Assembly (NCBI GenBank): GCA_021158045.1
Contig: JAGGVK010000040.1
Coordinates: 1-49,822, forward strand
Length of the DNA: 49,822 nt
DNA from: a bacterium
GTDB taxonomy: Bacteria > Patescibacteriota > Minisyncoccia > Minisyncoccales > CG1-02-41-26
Reading direction: 5' to 3'
Below, piece after piece: positions 36,738 through 45,386 of the stretch (its first letter is position 1; each line of letters starts with the position of its first letter). The translations under genes and the position numbers were made by a program. The notes under the pieces are model-generated. The model made no database searches, was not told the origin of the DNA, and was given only the letters and a program-made list of their open reading frames with translations.

Positions 36738-38936
36738 ATGTCAATTTCTAAACATTATCAACCACAGAAAATAGAAAACAAAATTTATAAACTCTGGGAA
36801 AAAAGCGGTTTTTTGAAAACTAAAATTAGCAAAAACAAAAAGCCTTTTTGTATTATAATGCCTCCAGTTAATGCTAATGGCCCCTTGCACATCGGGCATG
36901 CTGTTTTTGTCACCTTAGAAGACATTATGATACGCTACCAAAGAATGCGCCAGAAGAATGTTTTGTGGCTGCCGGGTGTTGACCATGCAGGCTTTGAAAC
37001 GCAAGTGGTGTTTGAAAAAGAGTTGGAAAAGCAAGGGAAAACACGTTTCCAAATCCCTCCCAAAAAACTTTATCAAATGATATTTGGTTTTACTCAAAAA
37101 AACAGAAAAATAGTAAGAGAACAATTTAAAAAACTCGGTGCCTCATGCGACTGGTCAAGAGAAAAATTCACACTAGAGGAAGGCATTATTAAAATTGTTT
37201 ACAAAACTTTCAAAAAACTTTACAAAGATGGTTTGGTTTACAGAGGCAAGAGAATTATCAATTGGTGCCCCCGGCACCAAACAGCGCTTTCTGATTTGGA
37301 AATAAAGCACGAAATAAAGAAAGGAAAATTATGGCATATTAAATATTATCTTAAAAGCCAAAAGACAAACTTCCAAAAGCAAGAAAAAGGAAGCAAGAAC
37401 TATATTATAGTAGCAACCACTAGGCCAGAGACAATGCTTGGTGACACAGGGATTGCGGTTAACCCTAAAGACAAAAGATATAAGAAATTTGTTGGCAAAA
37501 CAGCAATCCTGCCTCTCATTAACAGAGAAATTCCCATTGTTGCTTCAAACAAAGTTGATGTTAATTTTGGCACAGGGGCTGTAAAAGTAACACCTGCGTG
37601 CGATGTAATTGATTTCGAGATAGCCAAAGAGCACCATTTGAAAATAATTGAAATCGTAGGAAAGGATGGAAAAATGAAGAACGTGCCTCCCTCTTACCAA
37701 GGGTTAACGACTCTCGCATGCCGAGAAAAAATTGTAAAAGAACTCCAAGAAAAAGGATACTTAGAAAAAGCAGAAAACTATACCCATCAAATTAGCGTCT
37801 GCTATAAATGCAAAACTCCTATTGAGCCCCTTATTTCTGAACAATGGTTTGTGAAAATAAAACCGCTGGCTAAAGCAGCAATGGAAGCAGTAGAAAAAGG
37901 GAAAATAAAATTCATTCCGGAATATTATAAAAAAATATATTTCCATTGGATGAAAAACATTAAAGATTGGAACATATCCCGACAAATTGTCTGGGGTATT
38001 AGGATACCTATTTGGTACGGAATTAAAAACGGAAAAATAAAGAAAATTATTGTTTCTGAAAAGAAACCAAAATTGCCAAAGGGCTCTGATTATCTGAAGA
38101 AAGAAACTGACACTTTTGATACCTGGTTCTCTTCAGGCCAATGGCCATTTGCTGCTTTGGGCTTTCCAAAAAATAAAGATTACAAATACTTTTACCCTAC
38201 TTCAGTGATGGAAACCGGTTGGGACATACTTTTCTTCTGGGTAGCGCGAATGATTATGCTATCCCTTTATGTAACAGGAGAGGTTCCTTTTCGTTATGTT
38301 TTTTTGCACGGCTTGGTGCGTGATAAAGACAGGCAAAAAATGTCAAAATCAAAAGGAAACGTTATCGACCCATTAGGTGTTGTTAATTTATATGGAGCTG
38401 ATGCTTTAAGAGCAGCATTAGTTTTTGGAACAGGAGCGGGAAAAGACATCATAATTTCTGAAGAGAAAATTATTGGGCAAAAACGGTTTGCTAACAAAAT
38501 TTGGAATGCCTCACGATTTATTTTTCAACAAATCTCAAGCTCAAAACTCAAAACCCAAAATATAAAATTGCAATTTAAAATTCAAAACCTAACAGAGGCT
38601 GATAAAAAAATACTAAACGGCCTCAATGAAATAATAGGGTCAGTAACAAAAGATTTGGATGATTTTCAATTCCATAACGCCTTGCAAAAAATTTACCAAT
38701 TCTTCTGGCATAGGTTTTGCGACTTATACATAGAAAAATCAAAAAAGCAACTCCAAGAAAAGGCGCTGCAAGAAGAAACCCTGAAAATACTCCTTTATGT
38801 TCTGCTGCAGTCAATAAAACTTCTGCATCCTTTTATGCCATTTCTCACTGAGGAAATTTATCAAAAACTGCCAATAAAAAACAAACAGAAATGTCTAATG
38901 GTAGAAAGCTGGCCCAGCCAAAAGCCAAAAATTTAA
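36738..38936 (+). CDS. valS: Valine--tRNA ligase (short form lacking the C-terminal coiled coil)
   Basis: It has PPVNANGPLHIGHA (HIGH), LWLPGVDHAGFETQ, an editing-domain TTRPETMLGDT and KMSKSKGN. It ends soon after ...LHPFMPFLTEEIYQKL. Confidence 0.9.
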   Translation: MSISKHYQPQKIENKIYKLWEKSGFLKTKISKNKKPFCIIMPPVNANGPLHIGHAVFVTLEDIMIRYQRMRQKNVLWLPGVDHAGFETQVVFEKELEKQGKTRFQIPPKKLYQMIFGFTQKNRKIVREQFKKLGASCDWSREKFTLEEGIIKIVYKTFKKLYKDGLVYRGKRIINWCPRHQTALSDLEIKHEIKKGKLWHIKYYLKSQKTNFQKQEKGSKNYIIVATTRPETMLGDTGIAVNPKDKRYKKFVGKTAILPLINREIPIVASNKVDVNFGTGAVKVTPACDVIDFEIAKEHHLKIIEIVGKDGKMKNVPPSYQGLTTLACREKIVKELQEKGYLEKAENYTHQISVCYKCKTPIEPLISEQWFVKIKPLAKAAMEAVEKGKIKFIPEYYKKIYFHWMKNIKDWNISRQIVWGIRIPIWYGIKNGKIKKIIVSEKKPKLPKGSDYLKKETDTFDTWFSSGQWPFAALGFPKNKDYKYFYPTSVMETGWDILFFWVARMIMLSLYVTGEVPFRYVFLHGLVRDKDRQKMSKSKGNVIDPLGVVNLYGADALRAALVFGTGAGKDIIISEEKIIGQKRFANKIWNASRFIFQQISSSKLKTQNIKLQFKIQNLTEADKKILNGLNEIIGSVTKDLDDFQFHNALQKIYQFFWHRFCDLYIEKSKKQLQEKALQEETLKILLYVLLQSIKLLHPFMPFLTEEIYQKLPIKNKQKCLMVESWPSQKPKI

Positions 38937-38953
38937 AACTATAACTATATTTT

Positions 38954-39679
38954 ATGACACCTTACCCATTTTATGCCTTAGGCGGAATCCTGCCAAGCGT
39001 TATTTGGCTGCTTTTCTACTTAAGAGAAGATGCGCATCCAGAATCAAACAGTGAAATTGTAAAAGTTTTTCTTTACGGAATGCTTGCTGCTTTGGTTGCT
39101 ATCTTCTTGGAACTTGGGGCAAAAAAAATATTCCTCTCAATCCCTAACATATCTTCTGCTTCTTTTAACATCGTGCAAGTTTTTATCGGAGGGGCGCTAA
39201 TTGAGGAATATATGAAATATTTGGTTATAAAGCTTGAGGTTCTCCGAAATCCGGAATTGGATGAGCCATTGGATATAATGCTCTATATGATAATATCTGC
39301 TTTGGGTTTTGCCGCTTCAGAAAATATCTTATTAATGTTTGCCCAACAATACTACTCCATTCCATTAGGGCAATTAGTGGAAATTGTAGGATTGCGTTTC
39401 TTAACAGCAACTTTTCTGCATGCTTTATGCTCTGGCATCTTAGGATATTTTTTAGCAATGTCTTTTTACAAATTAAAATTTCAAAAGAGGACATTCTTTG
39501 CAGGATTAGGAATCGCCTCCATATTGCATGGGCTATATAATCTATCTATAATGGATATTGCAAGAGCAAAGAATATCATTTTGCCTTTTGCGATTCTGGT
39601 TGCGATGGCAATTATTGTAAGTTTTCTCTTCAAAAAACTTAAAAAAATGAAGGGTGTTTGCCTAATTGCTGAAAAATAA
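38954..39679 (+). CDS. prsW: PrsW family intramembrane protease
   Basis: It is polytopic, with the E-E-x-x-K motif (LIEEYMKYL) and His motifs (FLHALCSGILGY; ILHGLYN). Confidence 0.8.
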   Translation: MTPYPFYALGGILPSVIWLLFYLREDAHPESNSEIVKVFLYGMLAALVAIFLELGAKKIFLSIPNISSASFNIVQVFIGGALIEEYMKYLVIKLEVLRNPELDEPLDIMLYMIISALGFAASENILLMFAQQYYSIPLGQLVEIVGLRFLTATFLHALCSGILGYFLAMSFYKLKFQKRTFFAGLGIASILHGLYNLSIMDIARAKNIILPFAILVAMAIIVSFLFKKLKKMKGVCLIAEK

Positions 39680-39698
39680 TTAATGTAATAAATAAAAT

Positions 39699-40121
39699 AT
39701 GAAACCTGCCAATGAAAAAGAAGAACGCTTAACAATCAGCCAGTTTAAAAAAGATAATCTTAAAAACGCATCTCAATCCTCAAAATGGTCTAAAAACGAA
39801 GGAGAGGTAGCCGTTGATGTTTTTCAAAAAGATTCCGAACTTGTAATTTTAGCCCCTATTGCTGGAGTAAACAGTTCAAATATAGATATATCTATTGAGA
39901 ATAAAATGTTGATTATCAAGGGCTCAAGGCAAAATCCAGAAGAATCAGAAAAAAACAACTATTTTTACCAAGAATGCTTTTGGGGAAAATTTCATAGAGA
40001 GATTAGTTTGCCTGAAAATGTCAATATTTCCCAATCAAAAGCCACGCTAAAAAAAGGAATTCTAAAAATAACAATACCGCTTCTTAAAAAAGAAAAAAAG
40101 AAAAAAATAGAAATAGAATAA
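39699..40121 (+). CDS. Hsp20/alpha-crystallin small heat-shock protein
   Basis: The alpha-crystallin domain reads VAVDVFQKDSELVILAPIAGVNSSNIDISIENKMLIIKGSR...FHREISLPENVNISQSKATLKKGILKITIP. Confidence 0.9.
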   Translation: MKPANEKEERLTISQFKKDNLKNASQSSKWSKNEGEVAVDVFQKDSELVILAPIAGVNSSNIDISIENKMLIIKGSRQNPEESEKNNYFYQECFWGKFHREISLPENVNISQSKATLKKGILKITIPLLKKEKKKKIEIE

Positions 40122-40132
40122 AAAAACAAAAA

Positions 40133-40161
40133 GCCACCTCTCTAAAAAGAGGCGGCTTTTT
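40133..40161. terminator. Bidirectional intrinsic terminator between convergent genes
   Basis: GCCACCTCT-ctaaaa-AGAGGCGGC (9-bp stem, one mismatch) is flanked by an A-run upstream and TTTTT downstream. It lies between the hsp20 stop (40121) and the stop of the minus-strand gene at 40224. Confidence 0.65.
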
Positions 40162-40223
40162 AGATTATTTTATTCCCAGTCAAAAGATACCCGTTTTAAT
40201 AAATCTTAATTCTGTCTTCAGCA

Positions 40224-40568
40224 CTACTTCAGAATAGTATAAATAAAGTAAGGAATTGCTTTAGCAATAATCATAACAACCACGCCAATAACACCATATA
40301 TCATCATTTGCTTTGCTTTGCCGACTTTTTCGGGGTCTCCTTGGGCAGTCACGAAGTAAAAACCAGCAAGGACAAAGATTAAAACAGTTAAAGTGCTAAC
40401 TATACCAAAAATCCAATTAAAGATAGTATCTACAACTTTCGAAACAGAGCTAGTAGTAAGAGATGTTGATGACAACTGCGGTAGATTTTCCACTGCTAAA
40501 CTTAAAACAGGAACAGAAAAAACAGCCAAAAGGCCCAACACCAGAAAAATTCTTTTTATCTTTTTCAT
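40224..40568 (-). CDS. Small secreted two-TM protein, VirB2/TrbC-pilin-like (paralog A)
   Basis: It has a signal peptide MKKIKRIFLVLGLLAVFSVPVLSLA and the conserved core AGFYFVTAQGDPEKVGKAKQMMIYGVIGVVVMIIAKAIPYFIYTILK. The start is placed at Met7 of the track ORF (40586 is the alternative). Confidence 0.6.
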   Translation of the reverse strand: MKKIKRIFLVLGLLAVFSVPVLSLAVENLPQLSSTSLTTSSVSKVVDTIFNWIFGIVSTLTVLIFVLAGFYFVTAQGDPEKVGKAKQMMIYGVIGVVVMIIAKAIPYFIYTILK

Positions 40569-40635
40569 CTTATTTGTTGATTTCATTAACCTATTATAAG
40601 CATTTAACGACCTTTATTTACTATTTTGAAAGCAA

Positions 40636-40962
40636 TTAAGGCTTTAAAACCGTATAAATGAAATAAGGCACTGCCTTGGCTATTAAAGCCACAACCACTC
40701 CAATTGTAGTGTAGATAATCATTTGCTTTGCTTTGTTGATTTTTTCGGGGTCCCCTTGGGCACTCACGAAGTAAAAACCAGCAAGGACAAAAAATATAAC
40801 AGCCACAGAAATGACAATGCCAAAAATCCAACTTCCGGCTCTGTTTATTATATTAATAACATCTGTGGCATTGCCAACATCAACTGGCTCAACACTATCG
40901 GCAAAGCCTATCAAAGGCATCAAAAGGCTATTTAAAGTAATAAATAAAAGTTTCTTCTTCAT
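40636..40962 (-). CDS. Small secreted two-TM protein, VirB2/TrbC-pilin-like (paralog B)
   Basis: It has a signal peptide MKKKLLFITLNSLLMPLIGFA and the core AGFYFVSAQGDPEKINKAKQMIIYTTIGVVVALIAKAVPYFIYTVLKP. Confidence 0.6.
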   Translation of the reverse strand: MKKKLLFITLNSLLMPLIGFADSVEPVDVGNATDVINIINRAGSWIFGIVISVAVIFFVLAGFYFVSAQGDPEKINKAKQMIIYTTIGVVVALIAKAVPYFIYTVLKP

Positions 40963-41029
40963 TTTTACAATAATTTACCAATATTTTCAAGATTACAGAG
41001 AAAAGTTCCGCGCTTCTAATGTTTTCCCG

Positions 41030-41368
41030 TTAACTGGATTTAACTTTCAAAAGCTCTTTTATAATTGCCACTATCCCTTTGCTTAAAAGTATAACGCCCA
41101 ATCCAACAATTGTCCAGAAAATTATATTATTTGCTTTCTTGATTTTTTCGGGGTCCCCTTGGGCGGTAATGTAGAAAAACCCAGCAACAATAATCATCAC
41201 CGGAGCAACAGCAAGGCCAACTTTCAAAACAAAGTTGCTCAAACCTGAAACAATACCCTCTACGCTATTGGAGGTAAGAGGATTGCTTATAACGACATCT
41301 GCCCTTATTAAAAGAGGAAAAAGCAGCAAAGGTATAAAAGGAAATAACTTTTTAACAAAAGGAAACAT
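41030..41368 (-). CDS. Small secreted two-TM protein, VirB2/TrbC-pilin-like (paralog C)
   Basis: It has a hydrophobic leader ending ...LLIRA and the core AGFFYITAQGDPEKIKKANNIIFWTIVGLGVILLSKGIVAIIKELL. Confidence 0.55.
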   Translation of the reverse strand: MFPFVKKLFPFIPLLLFPLLIRADVVISNPLTSNSVEGIVSGLSNFVLKVGLAVAPVMIIVAGFFYITAQGDPEKIKKANNIIFWTIVGLGVILLSKGIVAIIKELLKVKSS

Positions 41369-41379
41369 AATTTATTTTA

Positions 41380-41907
41380 TCATTCGCTTTTTGTAAAGTA
41401 AAGCAAATAATGGAAATTACCTGCTTTTGATTCTCTCTCTGCCCTAAAACCGTTCTCCTGGGCAATTTTCTTTACCTCCTCTGGCAAAACCCTGCCCTCT
41501 ACCGGTCCTAAAGGAGCGTTCTTTAGCCAATCAACAACTAAAACTCTACCATTTTCTTTCAAAATTCTCTTAGCCTCTTTAAAAACTTCACCTTTGTCAT
41601 CAACTTGAAACAAAAGATTAACCATCAATACAATATCGCAACTTCCCTCTGGTATTTTTGAGCCACCCACCTTTTCAACATCAGAACGCACAGTAACGAC
41701 ATTTTTAATGTCAAACATTTTTAACTTGCCCTCCAAAGCTGAGAGCGGCTCTTCCTGAACATCTATGGCATAGACCCTGCCATCTTTAAGAATTTTAGCC
41801 AAAGGGATAACCCATCCTCCAGCGCCACAGCCAAAATCAGCCGCTACCATATCTGGCCGCAAACCAATTTGGTTCAAAATCTCAATTGGATTAATAAACT
41901 CAGGCAT
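41380..41907 (-). CDS. Class I SAM-dependent methyltransferase
   Basis: Motif I is VAADFGCGAGGW, followed by acidic motif II (VYAIDV). The start is moved to ATG 41907 (MPEFINPIEIL), because the track start at 41928 is TTG. Confidence 0.8.
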   Translation of the reverse strand: MPEFINPIEILNQIGLRPDMVAADFGCGAGGWVIPLAKILKDGRVYAIDVQEEPLSALEGKLKMFDIKNVVTVRSDVEKVGGSKIPEGSCDIVLMVNLLFQVDDKGEVFKEAKRILKENGRVLVVDWLKNAPLGPVEGRVLPEEVKKIAQENGFRAERESKAGNFHYLLYFTKSE

Positions 41908-41917
41908 AATAGAAAAG

Positions 41918-41964
41918 TCAAAATGCAAATCTCAAATCTCAAAATCACATCTCAAAATTCAAAA
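41918..41964. repeat. Inverted copy of the heptad-containing repeat unit (AAATCTC x2 ... ATTCAAAAT)
   Basis: CAAATCTCAAATCTCAAAATCACA matches the reverse complement of 42317-42374 (CAAATCTCAAATCTCAAAATGACA) with one mismatch. ATTCAAAAT and TCAAAATGCAAA are also shared. Confidence 0.6.
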
Positions 41965-42339
41965 TTACCTTTTGCCTTTCATAGTTAAAATCCCGGAAGC
42001 CAAAATGTTAGCAAGTTCAATAATTTCATTTAATAATCGTTCAATCTCTTCTTTCGAAGATGGCATTGTTTCTTTTATAATTATTAGCCAATATTTTGTT
42101 TCGTTTGCCGATTTTAAGGCAATTTCGAAATAATGGATATAGTCTTTCTTTGAACTGGAAGATTTGGCTTCTACGACATTGGCTCCAATCGAAGTGGCGC
42201 TTCTGATAAGTTGGTCGATAATTGACCAAAGAATCCTTTCTTTTCGCATTTTTTCAGCAAATCTGAGAATCTAAATAGAAAACCGAATTAAACGCTTAAT
42301 AAACTCTTCTTTTTTAAATTTTGCATTTTGAATTGTCAT
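41965..42339 (-). pseudogene. Four-helix-bundle protein (23S rRNA intervening-sequence protein / Avd family) with an in-frame TAG
   Basis: The track ORF (41965-42249) starts mid-family at ...ILWSIIDQLIRSATSIGANVVEAKSSSSKKDYIHYFEIALKSANETKYWL. The same frame continues upstream as MTIQNAKFKKEEFIKRLIRFSI*ILRFAEK-M..., from ATG 42339 with TAG at 42273-42271. Confidence 0.7.
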
Positions 42340-42374
42340 TTTGAGATTTGAGATTTGAGATTTGAATTTTCAAA
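42317..42374. repeat. 58-bp direct repeat, copy 1 (contains GAGATTT x3 and the start codon of the four-helix-bundle gene)
   Basis: AATTTTGCATTTTGAATTGTCATTTTGAGATTTGAGATTTGAGATTTGAATTTTCAAA is identical by eye to 42402-42459. Confidence 0.8.
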
Positions 42375-42401
42375 TTTTTAATCTTGATTTTTGAATTTTC
42401 T

Positions 42402-42459
42402 AATTTTGCATTTTGAATTGTCATTTTGAGATTTGAGATTTGAGATTTGAATTTTCAAA
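42402..42459. repeat. 58-bp direct repeat, copy 2 (overlaps the gyrA stop codon)
   Basis: The same 58-mer lies 85 bp to the right of copy 1, separated by the 27-bp spacer TTTTTAATCTTGATTTTTGAATTTTCT. Confidence 0.8.
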
Positions 42460-44938
42460 GGCATATTGCCGCAGCAACTTTATCTCCTCTATCCAATTTC
42501 ATTACACGAACCCCAGAAGCAGCCCTGCCAATAATTGAAATTGAACTTAAAGGAGTTCTAATAACTTGACCCTTTTGAGAGATAACAACCAAATCTTTCT
42601 TTTCCTCCCCAATAATCTGGGAAAAAACAATCATTCCTGTTTTTTCAGTAATTCGAGCCGCTTTAATTCCCGAACCGCCTCTATGTTGCAATCTAAATCC
42701 TTTAACCTTAGTTCTTTTGCCATATCCGTTTTCCGTCACCACTAATAAATAACTTTTCTCTTTTCGCTCTTCTCTTTCCGCTTTAATGATATCCATGCCA
42801 ATAACCTCATCGCCTTTTGCCAATCTCATTCCTTTCACTCCAACTGCCCCTCTTCCCATAGTTCTTATGTCGTGTTCTTTGAACCTAATTGATTTTCCTT
42901 GTTTTGTTACCAGCATTACCTCCTCGCCTTTTTTAGCAATCCTTGCCGCTCTTAAAACATCACCCTGTTGCAGTTTAATAGCTTTAAGTCCTGTTCTTCT
43001 CACATTTGCGAAACTGGATAAATTCGTCTTCTTAATTATGCCATTTTTTGTAACCATTGCCAAATACTTATCCTTCACTTCTTTTTCTTGGCTATTATAC
43101 ACAGCAACATCCAAAACCTTCTCGTGCTGGGATATCTCTAGAAAGTTTAAAAGGCCTCTCCCTCGAGCAGTCCTTCCCATTTCAGGAATTTCCCAAACCG
43201 AACATTGAAAAACTTTGCCCGAGTCTGTGAAGAAAAGGAGTTTATCCAAAGTATTTGCCACCTGAAATTTTTCCACAAAATCTTCTCCGGAAACTTCTAT
43301 CCCTATAACGCCTTTTCCTCCCCTTTGTTGAGTTTTATATAAAGCCGGCTTTACTCTTTTAACAAAGCCACCTTTAGTTAAGATAATAATCGTTTCTTCT
43401 TGAGGAATCAAATCTTCTCTGGCAATTTCTCCGGGTTTTGCGGCTATAACTTTTGTTCTCCTGCCATCTTTATATTTTTCCTTCATTTCTTGAAATTCTT
43501 TTTTCATTATCTCTTTTACTCTTTTCGGATTTTTCAAAACTGACTCCAGATAAATAATTCTCTTTTCTATTTCTGCTAATTCTTTCTCAATCTTGCTCCG
43601 CTCAAGTTTTGCTAAATTTTGAAGTTTCATCTCCAAAATAGCAGTAGCTTGGACATCTGTTAACTTAAATTTCTTTTTCAGATTATTGTGGGCATCCTCC
43701 CGGTTTTGAGACTTTTTAATTGTTTTAATCACCTCATCAATATTTTTCAAGGCAACCATTAAACCTTCCAAAATATGAGCCCTCTCTTTTGCTTTTTCTA
43801 AATCAAACCGAGTTCGCCGCAAAACTACCTCTTTCCTGTGATTTAAATACAAATTCAAAACATCCACTAAACTTAAAACCCTTGGCTGCAATCCGTCAAC
43901 CAAAGCCAACATATTTAAATAAAATGTTTTCTGAAGGTCAGTGTATTTGTAAAAGGCGTTTAAAATTTTGTTTGCAAGAGCATCTCTCTTCAATTCAATA
44001 ACAATTCTCATTCCCTCTTTGTCTGATTCATCCCTTACATCCTTTATGCCTTCTACCCGTTTATTTTCAACCAAGTTAGCAATTTGTTGCACTAAAGTTG
44101 ATTTCTGAAGCTGAAAAGGTATTTCTGTAATTATAATCCGAGAATTCCCTCTTTGCCCTGCCTGAATCTCGGCTTTTCCTCTTACCAAAATTGGACCCTT
44201 TCCTTGGGAATAGGCAGATATTATCTCTTTCTTTCCATAAATAATGCCGCCAGTTGGGAAATCAGGACCTTTTACAAACTGGAAAATATCCTCTGTTGTT
44301 GAAGACGGGTGGCTTATTAAATAGATGCAAGCGTCCAAAACTTCAGAAATATTATGGGGAGGAATGTTAGTTGCCATACCAACCGCAATCCCTAAAGAAC
44401 CATTTAATAGCAAGTTCGGCAAGGGAGAGGGCAAAACTACGGGCTCCTTCCTTGTGCCATCGTAGTTTGGCCTAAAATCAACTGTGTTTTTCTCAATATC
44501 CAGCAACATCAATTCTCCTATTTTTGAAAGCCTAGCTTCTGTGTATCTTTGAGCCGCAGCCGGGTCGTTGTCTATTGAGCCAAAGTTGCCTTGACCTTGC
44601 ACCAAAGGGTATCTTAAAGAAAAATCCTGAGCCATACGCACCATTGCATCGTAGACCGCTACATCGCCATGCGGATGAAATTTCCCTAAAACTTCTCCGG
44701 TAACTGCTGCTGATTTCCTAAATTTGGCATCGTGTTTCAATCCCATTCCATACATTGCATACAAAATCCTGCGATGCACTGGTTTTAGGCCATCGCGGAC
44801 ATCAGGCAAAGCCCGAGAAACAATAACCGACATTGCGTAATCCAAATAATCCTCCTGCATCTCTTGGGTAATCTCCCGCGATTTGATATAACCTATTTCC
44901 TTTTCTTCTTTTTTTGCTAAACTTTTATTTTTCGCCAT
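42455..44938 (-). CDS. gyrA: DNA gyrase subunit A
   Basis: It has [26 protein letters not shown], the active-site region ...[11 protein letters not shown] and C-terminal beta-pinwheel repeats. 827 aa. Confidence 0.95.
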   Translation of the reverse strand: MAKNKSLAKKEEKEIGYIKSREITQEMQEDYLDYAMSVIVSRALPDVRDGLKPVHRRILYAMYGMGLKHDAKFRKSAAVTGEVLGKFHPHGDVAVYDAMVRMAQDFSLRYPLVQGQGNFGSIDNDPAAAQRYTEARLSKIGELMLLDIEKNTVDFRPNYDGTRKEPVVLPSPLPNLLLNGSLGIAVGMATNIPPHNISEVLDACIYLISHPSSTTEDIFQFVKGPDFPTGGIIYGKKEIISAYSQGKGPILVRGKAEIQAGQRGNSRIIITEIPFQLQKSTLVQQIANLVENKRVEGIKDVRDESDKEGMRIVIELKRDALANKILNAFYKYTDLQKTFYLNMLALVDGLQPRVLSLVDVLNLYLNHRKEVVLRRTRFDLEKAKERAHILEGLMVALKNIDEVIKTIKKSQNREDAHNNLKKKFKLTDVQATAILEMKLQNLAKLERSKIEKELAEIEKRIIYLESVLKNPKRVKEIMKKEFQEMKEKYKDGRRTKVIAAKPGEIAREDLIPQEETIIILTKGGFVKRVKPALYKTQQRGGKGVIGIEVSGEDFVEKFQVANTLDKLLFFTDSGKVFQCSVWEIPEMGRTARGRGLLNFLEISQHEKVLDVAVYNSQEKEVKDKYLAMVTKNGIIKKTNLSSFANVRRTGLKAIKLQQGDVLRAARIAKKGEEVMLVTKQGKSIRFKEHDIRTMGRGAVGVKGMRLAKGDEVIGMDIIKAEREERKEKSYLLVVTENGYGKRTKVKGFRLQHRGGSGIKAARITEKTGMIVFSQIIGEEKKDLVVISQKGQVIRTPLSSISIIGRAASGVRVMKLDRGDKVAAAICL

Positions 44939-44977
44939 AAACTTAGAAAACTTTATAAAATTTATTTCTTTTTTACT

Positions 44978-45367
44978 TTACTGCGGGGAAAAATTTCCTT
45001 TTGCTTCACCTGAAGAAGAAGTAGAGGAAGCTGAGGAAGCTGAGGAAGTTGAAGAAGTTGAAGAAGTTGAGGAAGTTTGACGAGTAAGCGGCAAAGTTAT
45101 AGTAATGCTTGTAGCACCTTCTTTCCCGAGCTCCTTGAAAATTTTACCAAGATTTTTAGCTTCCTCCCCAAATTCCTGAAAACTCTTTCTAGATGAACTG
45201 ACTACTTCAAGTTTTTGCAATTTTTCAATACCAAGCTTTTCTGACAAATGTTCTTTTCGGAATCTCCGCATATTTGCTTCAAAACGCTGCAAAACAATAG
45301 CACCTAACCCTACTGCTGTTATAATTAACACCAACCACAAGAAAAATTTTCTTTGCAAGAGGGTCAT
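44978..45367 (-). CDS. Membrane-anchored hypothetical protein with a poly-Ser/Thr tail
   Basis: It has an N-terminal TM segment (FFLWLVLIITAVGLGAIVL) and a C-terminal TSSTSSTSSTSSASSASSTSSS. No family recognised. Confidence 0.5.
   Translation of the reverse strand: MTLLQRKFFLWLVLIITAVGLGAIVLQRFEANMRRFRKEHLSEKLGIEKLQKLEVVSSSRKSFQEFGEEAKNLGKIFKELGKEGATSITITLPLTRQTSSTSSTSSTSSASSASSTSSSGEAKGNFSPQ
45012..45078. repeat. 9-bp periodic coding repeat (G-N-T-G-A-R-G-A-A, about 7 units)
   Basis: GAAGAAGAA GTAGAGGAA GCTGAGGAA GCTGAGGAA GTTGAAGAA GTTGAAGAA GTTGAGGAA encodes the (S-S-T/A)n tail on the minus strand. Confidence 0.75.
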
Positions 45368-45386
45368 CTTGGTTTAGAACTTTGAT

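Noticed and set aside
40604-40831. 75-aa alternative-frame ORF (and plus-strand ORFs 40393-40599, 40723-40935, 40811-41086) overlapping the small pilin-like genes
   Set aside because: The frame encoding the signal peptide, two TM segments and the AQGDPEK core is conserved across all three paralogs. The overlapping frames are not.
42311-42460. Repeat array considered as a possible CRISPR or iteron array
   Set aside because: There are only two 58-bp copies with one 27-bp spacer, and the internal 7-bp GAGATTT triplets are microsatellite-like. There are no cas genes and no third repeat. It is better explained as a duplicated 5' end or flank of the four-helix-bundle cassette.
42786-43208. 140-aa plus-strand ORF inside gyrA (similar cases: 31404-31781 in recG, 1605-1952 in the HD gene, 28331-28645 in pilN, 14813-15127 in rodA)
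   Set aside because: All are antisense to strongly conserved genes, have hydrophobic or low-complexity translations and lack start-site signals.
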